64,000 nucleotides of DNA from Octopus vulgaris. Its lineage: Eukaryota. How positions within the stretch are numbered: position 1 is the stretch's first letter; every line of letters starts with the position of its first letter. Below, piece after piece: positions 39,044-52,199 of the stretch. The notes under the pieces are model-generated. The model was not told the origin of the DNA and made no database searches. It saw nothing but the letters and a program-made list of their open reading frames with translations. The position numbers were made by a program, and so were the translations under genes. Where the stretch lies: NCBI GenBank assembly GCA_951406725.2, contig OX597834.1, forward strand, positions 1,736,001 through 1,800,000, in the 5' to 3' direction.

Positions 39044-39085
39044 GCTACAGACGCGTTTCGGGGTATTGCCCCTTTTCAATGCAGC
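39044..39085 (-). ncRNA. Minimal type I hammerhead motif with a U3-A8 core variant
   Basis: GCTGCA-TTGAAAA-GGGG caata CCCC-GAAAC-GC-GTC-TGTAGC: stem I 6 bp, stem II 4 bp, palindromic stem III ACGCGT, GUC triplet. Confidence 0.7.
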
Positions 39086-39830
39086 GTAGCCAGCCAGTAG
39101 GTGTCGCTTCCGACAATCTCTGTTCGATGGTTTTATTTACCTGGTTTCGGTGGAATACATCCACTTGTTTTCAATAATAGAAATATTAAAATAACTACTT
39201 GACCGGCAGCTACAGACGCGTTTAATAATTACTGTTATAAAGTTTAATAAGTTTCACCCCTCCTAAATTTTAAACTTCCATTTATTTATCTTTCTGTCTA
39301 TCTATTCCTGTCCGTTTATTCATAAAATATATTTGTCAACTAAATGTGGCGGTCCCATAGAAGACGGTGTTATTGTTGTTTTTAGCCCCAGGAAGACATT
39401 CATATCTATCTCTTTATACACATATTTATAAGCATATTGGATTTAAAAGTTTCAAAACGTGGTTTCTTGCATATCCGGAATCTCCGTCGTCTAAAACATA
39501 AATTTCAAAAGAGTTCAAAATTTTAAATGGGTTTTTTTTTATTTGTAATCTCTGACATTTGAAACGTAGGAATCTGAAGGAAAAAAAATGAATTATATCA
39601 AAACTGCATTGGCCCCTCAATTCCAAATTGCTTCAGAATAAACTTTAAAACCAAATAAAATTATAAATAATTGATCAGTCACTCCTCACAGAAATCCCTA
39701 AACTCCTGTGTGATTTATATATTCGGAATCTACATGATATAACACATATTCGCAGAAAATTTCATTAAAAAATATCCATTTCTCTGAAAGTTATCATCCA
39801 AAGTCGGTGGGGCATGAATCTGTAGTTATG

Positions 39831-39879
<49 letters not shown>

Positions 39880-40915
39880 TTTATGTAGTTATTGTATTTG
39901 ATCGGACTCCAGCGATTTCTGATGTACATATATGTGTGTATGTATGTATACCGCACGCACACGCTCTGCTCTTACCAAAATTCTCAATACAATTTATAAA
40001 GTATAAAATAGATTTATATTTCTAGAAACGACTTTTAAAAACGAAGCAATTATTTCTAATCCAGCGATGATGGCTTTTTAATTAAATCCTCTCGTGTCTT
40101 TGTCTAATGGGATTTTCAGTGATGTTAAATAGAAAACAACGTCGAGAAATGGAAGAAGATTTATTAAAATATATTTTATATTTTTTTCTTATTTTGAAAT
40201 GCCATAAAAATTTTTTAAATGGATTTTTAAAATCTGAATATGTTTGTGTCACTTCACTTATATGAAAAGATATTCGTGGAGTATAAAGAAGGCGATGAGT
40301 CGTCTTGATGTCCTTTTTTCCATGCTAGCATGGATCGGACAGCTGGATGCCCTCTCTAGCTCCAATCTTCGCCTATTTCAAAGCAAAGTAATGATTCCTC
40401 GTGGGTTGAATTGGAAACAAAAGACGCCGCTTGTATGGCAGTGAAGTTCTTTTTTACGACTCTCACCTGAACTCACAACAAGAAACCACAACATCATACT
40501 TCTGTGCATATGCGCACATGCACCTTAATGTGCGTGTGTGTGCATTATGTGCAACAAAACACTTAGATTTTTTTTAAAAAACCGTTTGTATAAAGCAGAT
40601 ACATTGCGAAAAGCCAAATTAACTGTGATATTCGGCCTGAGATAATATCTCTTCTGGATGTAATGTGTTTATATATACATATATATATAGAGAGGGGGGG
40701 GCTACGAGAGGTAATGGTGTCAATAAGACCCAAACGTGTGAGGTAATGCTGAGTAAGTGCTATGGATGGACCATAGTTAAGCTCCAGGTTCGGTGATTAT
40801 GCAAACGAGGAGTCCAACATAGGTCACATGTCAGCATGTGTATATATAGAAAAACATTTTTCAGAAAGAGATAAAAAAACCAAAGCTGTGAAGATTTTAG
40901 AACATTTATAAAGAG

Positions 40916-40963
40916 GTCTTACAGCTGTTTCCAGGATATTTATTATATCCCTTCATCGGAGAC
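40916..40963 (-). ncRNA. Minimal hammerhead motif (CCGATGA core)
   Basis: GTCT-CCGATGA-ag GGATAT aataa ATATCC tg-GAAAC-AGCT-GTA-AGAC. Confidence 0.62.
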
Positions 40964-41165
40964 GGTGTGAGAAGATGGTTAAGCAATATAGTTAATTTAG
41001 ATAAGATACGAAACAGAGAGTGAGGTGGAGGAATGAAAATAGATGTGAGATATGTAGGGATATTGCATTTGTAGATCCATTAAGTGATCTATTTTCATTC
41101 CTCCACTTTACTCTCTGTTTCGTATCTTATCTAAATCAACTATTTCTTAACCATCCTCTCGCACC

Positions 41166-41213
41166 GTCTCCGATGAAGGAATATAATAAATACCCTGGAA
41201 ACAGCTGTAAGAC
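41166..41213 (+). ncRNA. Minimal hammerhead motif (CCGATGA core)
   Basis: GTCT-CCGATGA-agg...cctg-GAAAC-AGCT-GTA-AGAC; stem II is weaker than in the minus-strand copy. Confidence 0.58.
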
Positions 41214-41357
41214 CTATTTATAAATGTTCTAAAATTTACACAGCCTTGGTTTTTTTATCTCTTTCTGAAAAATTTTTTTTTATATATACGTATATATACA
41301 TATGTCTATATACACACACATATATATATTCACAACGTGGATATTGAATCCTCTTAA

Positions 41358-41570
41358 GTTGGCGATCTGGCAGAAACGTTAGCAGATCGGATGAAATGCT
41401 TAGCTGTATTTCGTCTGTCTTTACGTTCTGAGTTCAAATTCAGCTGAGGTCAGCTTTGCCTTTCATCCTTTCGGGGTCGATAAATTAAGCACTATTTGCG
41501 TACTGGGGCCGATCTAATTGACTGACCTCCTCCCCCAAAATGAGCCTTGTGCCAAAGAGTAGAAAAAGAT
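41358..41570 (+). mobile_element. tRNA-derived SINE (family B)
   Basis: ggcagaaacgttagc...gagttcaaattc...gcctttcatcctttcggggtcgataaa. Confidence 0.8.
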
Positions 41571-42437
41571 ATTTAAGCCTCTTTACAGGGATATTTTTAT
41601 CCAAGATAAACTGGTTTAGTGTATTACATTTTCAAAAGATATTTCTTCAATGAATATATTATATAAAATATCGTAAAATATCAAACATTATTATTGAGTT
41701 AGAAAACAGATTTAATGGATACAAATTAATTTATTAATTAATTAACATCTTCACCTACAATTGCTTCAATTCACAAAGAAAATTAAAATGACAAAACATA
41801 TATAATCTTGCATTTTAAATAACCTTGTATGGAAATTCAGGGACAAAACAAGGATTAGATCAAGATACATTTGGAATACTCAGTCATGTTTATTGTGTGT
41901 GTGCACGCATAATAAACATGACTAGATTTCTGAGTATACCAACGTATCCTAATGTAGTCCTTCATTTGTCCTTTGTACATCCTGATGAATTTCGATACCA
42001 GATATTTAAAATGCAAAATTATATATTTATACATCTTTTGTAATTTTTATTTTGTTTATGAAATGAAGCTATATATAAAATGAAAATAAATCAAGGTAGA
42101 AAATGCTAAAATAAATTTATCATGAAATGCATTTTGTAATGGTTACTACAGTTTGGGTTTTTTTTTTACTTTTTTCAACTAAGATTAAAACAAGAGAAAC
42201 AAATATTCATTGAAGAAAAAATTAAATGAAATGTTTTATAAATATTTCCATAATCTTCAAATAGGTTGGACATCTTCGTTTTTTTTTTCTCTCTCTCTTT
42301 TCCTTTGTAAAAGCTTGGTAGATTGTAGCAGATCTGACGAAATGGCGTTTATGGGTCCAGAGAAATATTTGGTTCTGAAGTTTGAGGGTTTACATAAAAA
42401 ATAACTGGAAGAGATATCTGGATAACTGCTTAATTCT

Positions 42438-42925
42438 TTGGCATTAAAGCATAGAGAGAGACTTAAAGAATTTCAAGCACTTCCAAATGGACTTGACATA
42501 AACGTCCTATATACGATGGAATATAGCCATCAACAACTTCCATTCCTCGACATCCTCATTAAGAAATCTAACAGCAAAATACAAACAGACATGCTATATA
42601 GACCCACGGGCTCCAAGCAATATCTACTGTTCAACTTGTGCCACCCCAGATACACTAAAATGAATATCCCTTTCAATCTGGCCAAAAGGATTTGCACCAT
42701 AGCATCTGATACATGCAACCACATGAGCTGAAGGATACATTCATCAGCAGAAACTACTGACCGTCACTAATTGATACAGGCTTTCAACGTACCCTACAAC
42801 TCAATATCCACAAACTCAGACCAAAGAAGGATCTACAACCAAAAGCCCTACCATACATATCCACACACAACCCCCTAAACAACGAGGCCTTTGACACCAT
42901 CCTCCAAATCACTCTCAAACCAGTC
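42438..42925 (+). mobile_element. Degenerate Penelope-like RT C-terminal fragment
   Basis: Translation LPFLDILIKK...QTDMLYRPTGSKQYLLFNLCHPRYTKMNIPFNLAKRICTIAS, continuing with frameshifts to LPYISTHNP. Confidence 0.8.
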
Positions 42926-43279
42926 TTTAACTGACGAATCACAATTGTTATGAAGTTCTTTCCTTGGGAAGGAGGAGGGTTTCCTTGAAAAATAAATCGG
43001 CCGCAAAATGTCAGGGCAATCTCCTTGTTTTTACATTTCTGTACAAATAGGATAACAACAGGTATTTATATCTGTTTACTTTCCACATCATAGTCTAACT
43101 ACATTATATTTGTTTTAGATTTTCTAATAAAAGCTGTTTGATAGAAAACATATTGTGTAACACACATTTATATGTAAATGACAATCTCTGTAGATTCCAT
43201 AGGTTTATGGCACTTCAAAATGGAATCCGTGTTTAATCCTAAATCTGGTCCTAGCAAAACAGGTGATGATGAGATAGCT

Positions 43280-43748
43280 TTGGTATACATACATTTATGT
43301 ATGCTGTGCTGAAAAGACTGCACTGGTATGGTCCTGTGAAGCATATGGGTGAGAACAACTGCATCAAGAAGTGTGGAGGGAACCTAGAAGAGGAAGATAT
43401 GGGATGAAGTGGTGAGAAAGGGTCTTCAGATATTGGGCCTCACAGAAGAGATGGCACGGGACCTGCCGTTTTCCAGTGCTTGAAAAGACACATCAAGCTG
43501 AGTAAAATCGTTGCTGTCCTTACCAACAGGCATCTTCCCTACATCCTGCTCTCAGCTGGGAAATCTTAGTCTTGGGGGTGCTGGTGTCACATAAAAGCAC
43601 CAAGCACTCTAAAAAGTGGTTGGCATTAGAAAAGGCATCCAATCATAAAAACCATGCTAAAACAAATAGAACTTGGCAGCTGGCCAACTCCTATTTAACT
43701 GTCCAACCCATGCCAGCATGAAGAACAGACGTTAAACTATGATGATGC
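43280..43748 (+). mobile_element. RTE-type LINE 3' remnant
   Basis: Degenerate G..GRPRK.W.EVV-like coding followed by tggttggcattagaaaaggcatcca...ccaacccatgccagcatg and a (GAT)n tail; similar tails at about 57500-57885 and 60870-61225. Confidence 0.6.
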
Positions 43749-46700
43749 ATTATATATATATATACAACCGAGTTGCTGATTTTGACATGAGGTATCAAAA
43801 AATTCAGTAATCTACTAAATAATGTATGCTTTTTGCACAACTCCTTTTTTACTACAAAAATAACCTCAAAAACGAGGTTGGCTCACACAATTTTGAGGTC
43901 TTTAGCTAAGGGAGGCAACTCTGCTGGACACAATACTCAATTTAACAAATATAAATACGCATATTAGGTCCAACAATGACTGGTTGAGCCGTTTGCTCAA
44001 TTGGATTTGAGGTTGAAAGATCACCACCACCACCACTACAGCAAACACCAAAACTGATATTAGTTTCCACTCCTTTGACTTAGCAGTTTGACCGTAGGTG
44101 ATTGATGGAATAAGTAGCAGAGGAACAGAAAAACAGGAGGAGTCAATAATAAGTTTGGCGACAAATTTAGAATGGAAGCAGGGTCAGGGTTATAGTTAGT
44201 CCTCCAATCACTCCTGTTCATGAAACTTATCCAAGCCATAACAGAAGAGTTTTAAGACGAGATGTCTTTGGAAGTCTCTGTATGTTGAAGGTTTTAGCAG
44301 TTAATAGCGGAGTCTGTGGAAGATTTAGACAACAAAATTCCAGCCCTGAAAGTAAATGTTTAAAGAATTTCAGAACTATGCCATTATCTGGGAAATAGTA
44401 CTTGATGAGAAGAAATAGGATCCGGTAGAGCTTCTGTTTGGTGTAGCCAGTGAAAAGTATGGATGCAGAACAGGTGTAGTAGAATTAAGATGATCCAGGT
44501 TGAAGTGTGGTGTTTTGCATACAATATTTGCCATGAAGAAGAGATGCACACTTAGAACTGTTTGGAATTGCCAAGCATTCAAGAAGTCTTTGAAGATGTG
44601 AAGTTTTATTCCAGCAATATGAGGCACCTCACACAACCATATGGGCCTATTTTGATGAGATGATGCCAAACAGTTGGGTTGAACAAAAAAGTTCAGTAGA
44701 AGACCTTTACACCACTAGACTTTCAAAGACAATTGTTCATTACACAAAACGCTCAACAAGAATGTGTACAAATACCAAATAAAATGTCCATTAATGTTTG
44801 TGATTGCATTTCTTTGCGTTGTCAACAATCCCTGAAACAGAATAGTCATCTGTTTGAAAACAGGAATTCATAAAAACTAAATTCTGTCCATAAATTCCAT
44901 TTAATGTATTTTAACGTTTATAAGGAACCTTTTTCTGTCAAAACTTAGGTTAAAAAAATATGGGATTTCTTATACACCGATAGCATTATAATCCCTTACA
45001 AAACCATTTTTTCCAAATTTCAACGGTAATTCTGAAAATGAAACGTCTTTTAAACGCTGAGATACATTTTTGCTGGGCAATCTATGTATATGTGTGTATA
45101 TATTATATATGTAGGCTTGACATAAACAAAACCTGTTGCCAAAGTCCTCTTCTAATTCATTTAGCAACAACAAAATTTCTCTAATTCAACCAAAATATTT
45201 CAGGAAATTCTGCTTGAAATTCTCTGCAAGAAAAAGAAATCTTTAAATGCAAAAACAAAATCAAAGATCTTTAAGAATTCCTACAAATGGCCTGAAGTCA
45301 TTTTTTGAAACGGTTAATGACTGATACGCGAGGAGCTGGTTGTTACTCTATCTCCTTGCTTCTTTAGATATTGAGTACATTCACACTAGCAGCAGCAGCA
45401 GGAGTGGTGTATAGAATTATGAGGAAATCCGACACCTGTTTCTTTGTAAATTGCTGAAGACATTCCAAGTTTGAGGCAAGAATTAGAAAGAAAAACGGGT
45501 GGAGCCTGCCAGGCTTGAAACTCTAGCCAATAAATAAACCTGTTTTTGTTGATTTATATTCAAAGAAAACCAAATTCTACCTGAGTAAGATATATGTGCA
45601 AGTAATGTACGTGTATGTATATACATATAAAACACAAATATATACACTTTCATAACAAAAACTACCTCTTCCAGTTCAGTTGGTTCACAGTTGCACACAC
45701 TTCCCACTCCTAAGAAGTTTGGAGAAGTTAATGAAAATTTTTAATTTCATTGAAATTATCTCCCTTCCTTCTTTATAAGAATTACCACTATCCACGAGTT
45801 ATTTCCCTTCTTTAACTTTCTGTGATTTTTGTAATTTCAATGCCAATAAACCATTTTGTACTTTCAAAAATAGATTCCACTTACCCAATGCTAGCATGGA
45901 AAAAAAAATGCAAAATGAATGTGTCTAGGTTTTTTTACAATAGACTACTGAGAGTAAATTTCCAGCATCAGATTCTATATGAAACTTGGTTTCTATGACC
46001 TCATCATCATCATCATCGACTGCTCAACATCACTGTCTCAAGTCTTAGAACTCTGAGCCACCTTCCATGGCATGTAAATGACCAAGATCAGAACACGGCC
46101 CTTGAACAGGATAGCAGTCCATCAAAGGGCTTTTCATTTACAGCTGAGTGGGAGACATGAAATGATGTGTTTTGCTCAAGGGCCCAATATATCACCCAGT
46201 CCAGGAATTGAAACCATGAACCTAAGACCCTAACTACACCTGAGGCCCACAAAATGCTTCATCAGACTTTAGGCAAACCTTGTTTAGGTCACATACAGGA
46301 TTACACTAAGAAAGCACCGGAAAATTTGGTAAAAATTCCTCCAGAAAATGTCTTTGGTTTTGGTAATTACAATGAGTCACTTTGCTGTTGCTCGTCAAAG
46401 CCTAACTCCCAAACTCTGTAACGAGTGGGGAGATGGATGCCGAGGTCATCATTAACCTTTTCACAAGGGAACAGTGGATACACAAAACTTGGAAGCAACA
46501 TTAAGTTTTCTCTATCTTCTCACAGACACCAAGCATTAAGATTTCAAGCTAGACCAGGTGAGGTGGGTGCTGCCACTGGCCAGTCTCCACAGCAACACTT
46601 CTGTAATCGTGTCCACAAGGTATCGCCAAACAAACCATTTCTTCTGAGATGTCTAACCCGTCACTCCCCACCACCATCTCCTGCTGCTTAATTCCATTCT

Positions 46701-47204
46701 CCTTTTTTTTTCTTGATGAGGGAGTTAGGAGGGTCTTTTCTTTACCTTGATAATTTAATCTTCCATATTTTAAATATCTTTTTATTTTCTTCCTCTAAAA
46801 ATGTTAAAAAGTTTTTGATACATTAAAATAATGAAATCAATAAATTTGAAAGTCATTAATGTTAAGAAAATTATTTGGAAAATCATCAAATATTTTCTAC
46901 AACAGAAGAGTGTTACCAATATTGCAATGGCCTTAATCCCTGCCAGAAGAACTTGCTTATAACCCGTGAAGAACTCTGGCAGGTTCTGTAGTGAGGCAAA
47001 GAATCTCAGATGTTTTATGTCGGCTTCTTTTTCTGTACCAGCGTTTGAGTCATTTGAACACTTACCTTCAAGCTGATGCTCAACCGACTCTTAAGACACA
47101 TTCTGTGTTCCTCAAAAATCTGTGGATTATGATTCACAAAAAGCCTGACAAAATATTTTCAGCACAACACAACATCTCATTAAACAATTCCACAAGCCTG
47201 ACTG

Positions 47205-47655
47205 TTGGGTAAGGAGTTTGCTTCACAACTACATGGTTTCAGGTTCAGTCCCACTGCAAGACACCACAAGGCATGTGTCTTCTACTATTATAGCCCAAGG
47301 CCAATCAAAACCTTGTGAGTGGATTTGGTAGACAAACTGATAAACTAAAAGAAACCCGTCGTGTGTGTGCAAAACTATATAAATAAATGCATGTTTACCA
47401 ACCAAAGCCTTGAGAGTGGATATGGTGGAGGGAAACTGAAAGAAGCCCATTGTATGTATGCGTGTGTGTGTGTATGTTTGTGTCTGTTCCCTCCAACATC
47501 GCTTGACAACCTATGCTGGTATGTTTACATCCCCGTAACTTAGTTTAAGTTACGAGGATGTAAAAAGATACCAATAGAATAAGTACTAAGCTTACAAAGA
47601 CTAAAGGTGGTGCTCCAGCATGGGTGCAGTCAAATGGCTGAAACAAATAAAAGCA
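47205..47655 (+). mobile_element. Rearranged SINE (family A)
   Basis: Family A sequence with an internal duplication (about 47305-47362 and 47400-47452) and a fold-back hairpin at 47524-47564. Confidence 0.75.
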
Positions 47656-48069
47656 TACATACATACAAATAAAAAAAGCCTCCTTTGTTGAGTCACATTA
47701 AATCTCATCACAAAACAGAATCTATGAAACGAGGGGTTCCAACTGATCTGATCAGCCAACGAATGAAATTAATGGCCAAGCCACAGTCACACGTACCCTT
47801 TTCAGGGACCTTCAACATGACACCCGTGTGTGATAAGGCTGGCCCTGCCAAATACACGTACAACTCATTTTTGTTAGTAACTGAGTGGACTGGAGCAACG
47901 TGAAATAAAGTGTCTTGCTCAAGGACACAACAGACCCACCAGGAATTGAACTCACGGCCTTGCAATCATGAGCCAAATACCCCAACCGATTCAGCCTTCA
48001 CAATACACACACACACACAACAAAACACAATTTCTGCTTTTGTTGTTTGTTTTGGAGAAAAAAAAGGTT

Positions 48070-48075
48070 TTTATT
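48070..48075 (-). terminator. Candidate polyadenylation signal for a ~3.5-kb EHMT 3' UTR
   Basis: AATAAA on the minus strand, followed 40-65 nt later by a GT-rich tract. The interval up to the stop codon (51554) has few recognisable TEs. Confidence 0.35.
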
Positions 48076-51014
48076 GGAGAAGGAAAAAAAAAAACCCTGG
48101 AAGAAAAACAAAGGAAATTGAAATTGTTGTTTTGTTTGCCATGTTTGCAGACTCTGGAAGAGTCAAGAGATGCAATAACAATTATTGCACATACAATCAT
48201 ATAAATATACGGGGGTGGGAGAGGGTGGTAGCAGGGCTGCCAACAAAGCCCCTAACCAGCTAATTGAGCTTTTTTTTTTTTTTCAACAGGATTTTTTCTT
48301 GTTTAATTTTTAATTTGTACATTGGAGTTTCGAGGGAGAAATTTTTTTCTTTTAAATGCAAGAAATTTTGGGATTTTCAAATTTTTTTTTTTTTTTTTTG
48401 CATTTCGTTTGGGGTTGGCTTCATTTCTTTTATTTACTTTTTTTAATAGTTTTTCTTGTTTTCATTTCATTGTTTATATTTTGTGTTATAGAGGTCAGAG
48501 TTCAGAGGTCATGCGCTAAACAAGTAACCTCTTTTGTCGAGTCCCAGCTCAATGTTTTTTTTGTCCATTTTTCTTCCGAAGTCATTTGGTCGATAAAAAA
48601 TGTTTTGTGCAGGAGAGGGAAGGAAGAAATTTAATCAAGTGACTTTTTGAACTGCCCCAGAATGGCCGAGGCCCATTGACTGAGACCAATAAAACAGATT
48701 TCGACAGAATGAACTGAATGTTGGAAAGAGAAAGAGAGAGATGAAGCGGGGAGAGTTGTCTGTGTGTCCTGCCCCTCCCATCATGAGGACAGAACACAAA
48801 ATTTGGGAGATAACGAAGTAATTAATAGAAAATGTTTAATTGAAAACAAAAGTTGTTGAAAAACAGGAACTTTGTGGTGGGGGGTGGCTTGATGGAGAGA
48901 GGGGGGACACCATGGTCATCATCATCATCAACATAATTCATTAATATGATTCTTTGTAGTGGATTGTTATTTCAACAGCCCTCCCTCCTATGGACACTCA
49001 GTGGTGGTGGTCATTTGGGTTGTCCACAGGGTAGCTTATGTAATTTCTTCAATCTGCCACTGGCTCAGAAATACTGAGGGTAGCACCCCACCACCCCCAC
49101 CTAACAGGTAACCATTAAACATTTAAACCTGAGAAGAGTCAGTTTTTCATTCTGATCAGACAATCCAATCATGGCCGTCCCATTTACAACTACATTAATA
49201 ACATATCCTTCCCTTTGTGAAGGAGAGCAGGGTGTGATTTCAGAGAGATTAATGGGAGAGCAGAGGCTCGGAGCCCCAGTCCCTACTGCAGGCCATTTTC
49301 TCTCGAGCTTTGAGCCATGTGGGTGTATGGGGGTGACTTCAGCATGAAATCATGATCAATCAGTTGGTTGTCTTCATCAGAATTTCTCAAATGAGGGGTA
49401 AGTGGTGTAGAGGGGTCGATTTAATGAGCCCTAATTAATACACCAATTAAGGAACATATTTTTGGTAGGATTTGAACTGAGTGTAGAGATGATAATGGAA
49501 GGTTGTCTTGTGAGAACCAGAGAGAACCACAGACAAATGCCAACTTCTATTTACTGAGAAAAGTCAACAGTTTACATTGGCTCAAAGTCCCTGAAGTTCT
49601 TGGACTCTGCAGGAACTCAAGTGGATGATAAGGTATCTTACTCCAAAGTTGGGTCAATTATAATTAATTTTATTGGTTATTGGAATTATTCTACATTAAA
49701 ATAGGGGTTAAAATCTCTGGAATTTCTGAAATGTTAACAAGTGTCAAATCATCAGAAATTGTTGAAAATGTTTATAACAGAGTTGGTGGGATCTGGGTGT
49801 TCAGCACTTATAGGATGGAGATGGAGTTAAGTCTACCCTCCTCGATGGAATGAAGCTGGATCTACCCTCCTCCAGTTAAAACTGATTCTCTTTTGACAAA
49901 AATACTTGACAATTCATTAGGTTCCTTCGGTCTGTGGGGGGCAGGGTCTCGTACATCAACTGTTTTAGGGTTTGTTAAAATATTTCCCTCTCTCCCACCT
50001 CTTTCTGGTGCAATTAAAACAGCAAACCTCCTAAACTGCAGCCTCATACATCAGCTGTCATCCACCACCACCACCACCACCCATACAACTGTCACTGAAG
50101 CATTAACCAAAATCAAGATTCCTGCTGCTGCTGTCTGCGTAGGGGACGGGGTGAGGCTGGGATGATGAGAAACATAAAAAAGAAGTTCTTGCATTCGTTG
50201 CCAAATGCACACACACACACACACGTCTCTCTCACTCAAGCTATGAATGAGTTCACTAATTATTTACATTAATGCTTACATTCACATTCAAGGTTCCACT
50301 CACACTCAATTCACTTTGCTTTTTTTGTTGGGGAATTCAATAAAATAGGAAGAAAAAAAAAAACCAAAAAAGAAAAATTAAACAGATTTTTGGCAGTTTT
50401 GGTCAATCTGTTTCTCCTGCCAGGTTTGTTGACCATAACACACTCACACACACACATTCAATGACCAATAAGAACAAAGTTTGACCACAACAGACAGAAG
50501 CCTGTTGTGGTCAAGTGCAGAAATGTGAAACAACAAACTCCAACCTTGTATCTCAACACAATTTGATGACTGACCACAAAAAACACTTTTCTTACCATTT
50601 TTTCTGTCTTTGTTTCAATGAATTTTGAAAATAATGAATTTATTAAAATAATTTTGTCGTTATTTCAGCTGGAGTTTGGAACATAAATTAATGAGGTTTT
50701 CGTGGAAGGATTTAATTTAGATCACTTTGAAACAGGAGGTTTGTATCATAGAAGCAGAGGTGGTCACCAATGGGTTGGCATCAAATGGGTTAAAAGAGTA
50801 GTGTTGATGATGATAGGAGGAGTGGTGGTGGTTGTTTTGATAGAAAATATTGGAATTTCAAATGTCAGAAAAGTAAAAAGGTTGACAATAACAATTTTCA
50901 GGTGCATACATACATATATATATATAAACATACACACACAACTGAGGAGTGAGTGGATTGTATGTACACGTATATCTATATAAGTGTGTATGAATGAATG
51001 TGTACATGTAAATA

Positions 51015-51060
<46 letters not shown>

Positions 51061-51553
51061 TGCATGCATGCATACACAGTAATACAATTATATAAATTTT
51101 GATAGTTCTGTGTGTGTGTGTGTGTATATATATATGTATATATACACACACACACATACATACATTTAGGACAAACATGTTTTGTGCGGGTATTTAATCC
51201 TACATAATCCTCCTGCTCTTCTCTCTCTCTCAACAAGCAATCCAACATTGAAAGATGCGAGACCACACTGCCCCAGCTCTGGAGACAGCAACACCAAAAT
51301 ATTAACACATTCACATTCTGTCGAAAAGAATCATTTCAACGTTCCACATTTTTCAAAATCGTCTTAATTCCATTTAAATTTTTACATTTTGTTCCATTAT
51401 TTGGTCAAGAGATTTAGCTTTACCAATCATCATCAACATCATGATCATCACCACTGTCATCATAATCATCTTCTCTTAGTCATCACCATCATAACTGCTA
51501 TATATATATATAAATTGTCCACACAGCTGTCTGCCCGGTCAACTGAGATTGTT

Positions 51554-51710
51554 TCATGACTCCTGCGGAGTGTCGTCTTCCCCATGTCGTAGACGGTACT
51601 CCTCCAACGTCTGTCGGATGGTATCAGCAGAGTACTTACATTTAGGCGAACCACACGCGCATGTAAACTGTTTCCACTTGATCACCCAGAACTTCTCACC
51701 GTAGTCGAAG
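51554..51710 (-). CDS. EHMT1: EHMT1/2 (G9a/GLP) last coding exon: end of SET, post-SET, stop
   Basis: tttcag acceptor; [27 protein letters not shown]...PQES*. Confidence 0.95.
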
Positions 51711-52199
51711 CTGAAACAAATTATAAGATACATGAGACACGGACCATATACACAGACACACGTGAGGCACACGCTTAGTAAAAACATAAAGAATAAAGAT
51801 GTAATATCAATGTTCTGCATTCAATATACGCCTTCATTCATCTTCTGATATATTTTCTGATCAATACACTTTTTTTAATTAGCAATCATCTTTGGATTTA
51901 TAAACTGTTCCTGTCTTCAATAACCTAAACATGTTCCATTGACTGGTCAACTATTTTGTTAGCCAGATTCTAATTTACTGAGGACTTAAAGAGGTATTTA
52001 CCTGGATTTATTTCATCCAAATTTTTATCTCCATTCTGTGGGTGTGTGTGTATATATATATATATTTTACACACACATATATACATACATACATATATTA
52101 TATATACTCACATGAAGCCAGGATGCCAGACTCAGCTCATCAAACAATCAATGTCCTTCAGATCCGTGCATGATTGGTGGAGAGAACGTGCAACATGTC

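Larger units (their letters stand above)
35593..39832. mobile_element. Old ~4.2-kb DNA transposon relic defined by ~110-bp TIRs, with nested insertions
   Basis: GGCATAACTACAGATTC...atcatgtagat (35593-35703) is the imperfect reverse complement of atctacatgat...GAATCTGTAGTTATGCC (39728-39832). No intact transposase and no clear TSD. Confidence 0.55.
40842..41288. mobile_element. Inverted pair of PLE-type terminal-repeat fragments (~200-bp arms, 42-nt spacer)
   Basis: 40842-41044 is the reverse complement of 41087-41288 with scattered mismatches; TA-rich flanks; each arm carries a hammerhead motif. Confidence 0.8.

Noticed and set aside
45368-45458. Possible terminal exon after ttctttag (ILSTFTLAAAAGVVYRIMRK...)
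   Set aside because: No recognisable homology or partner exons; cannot be supported.
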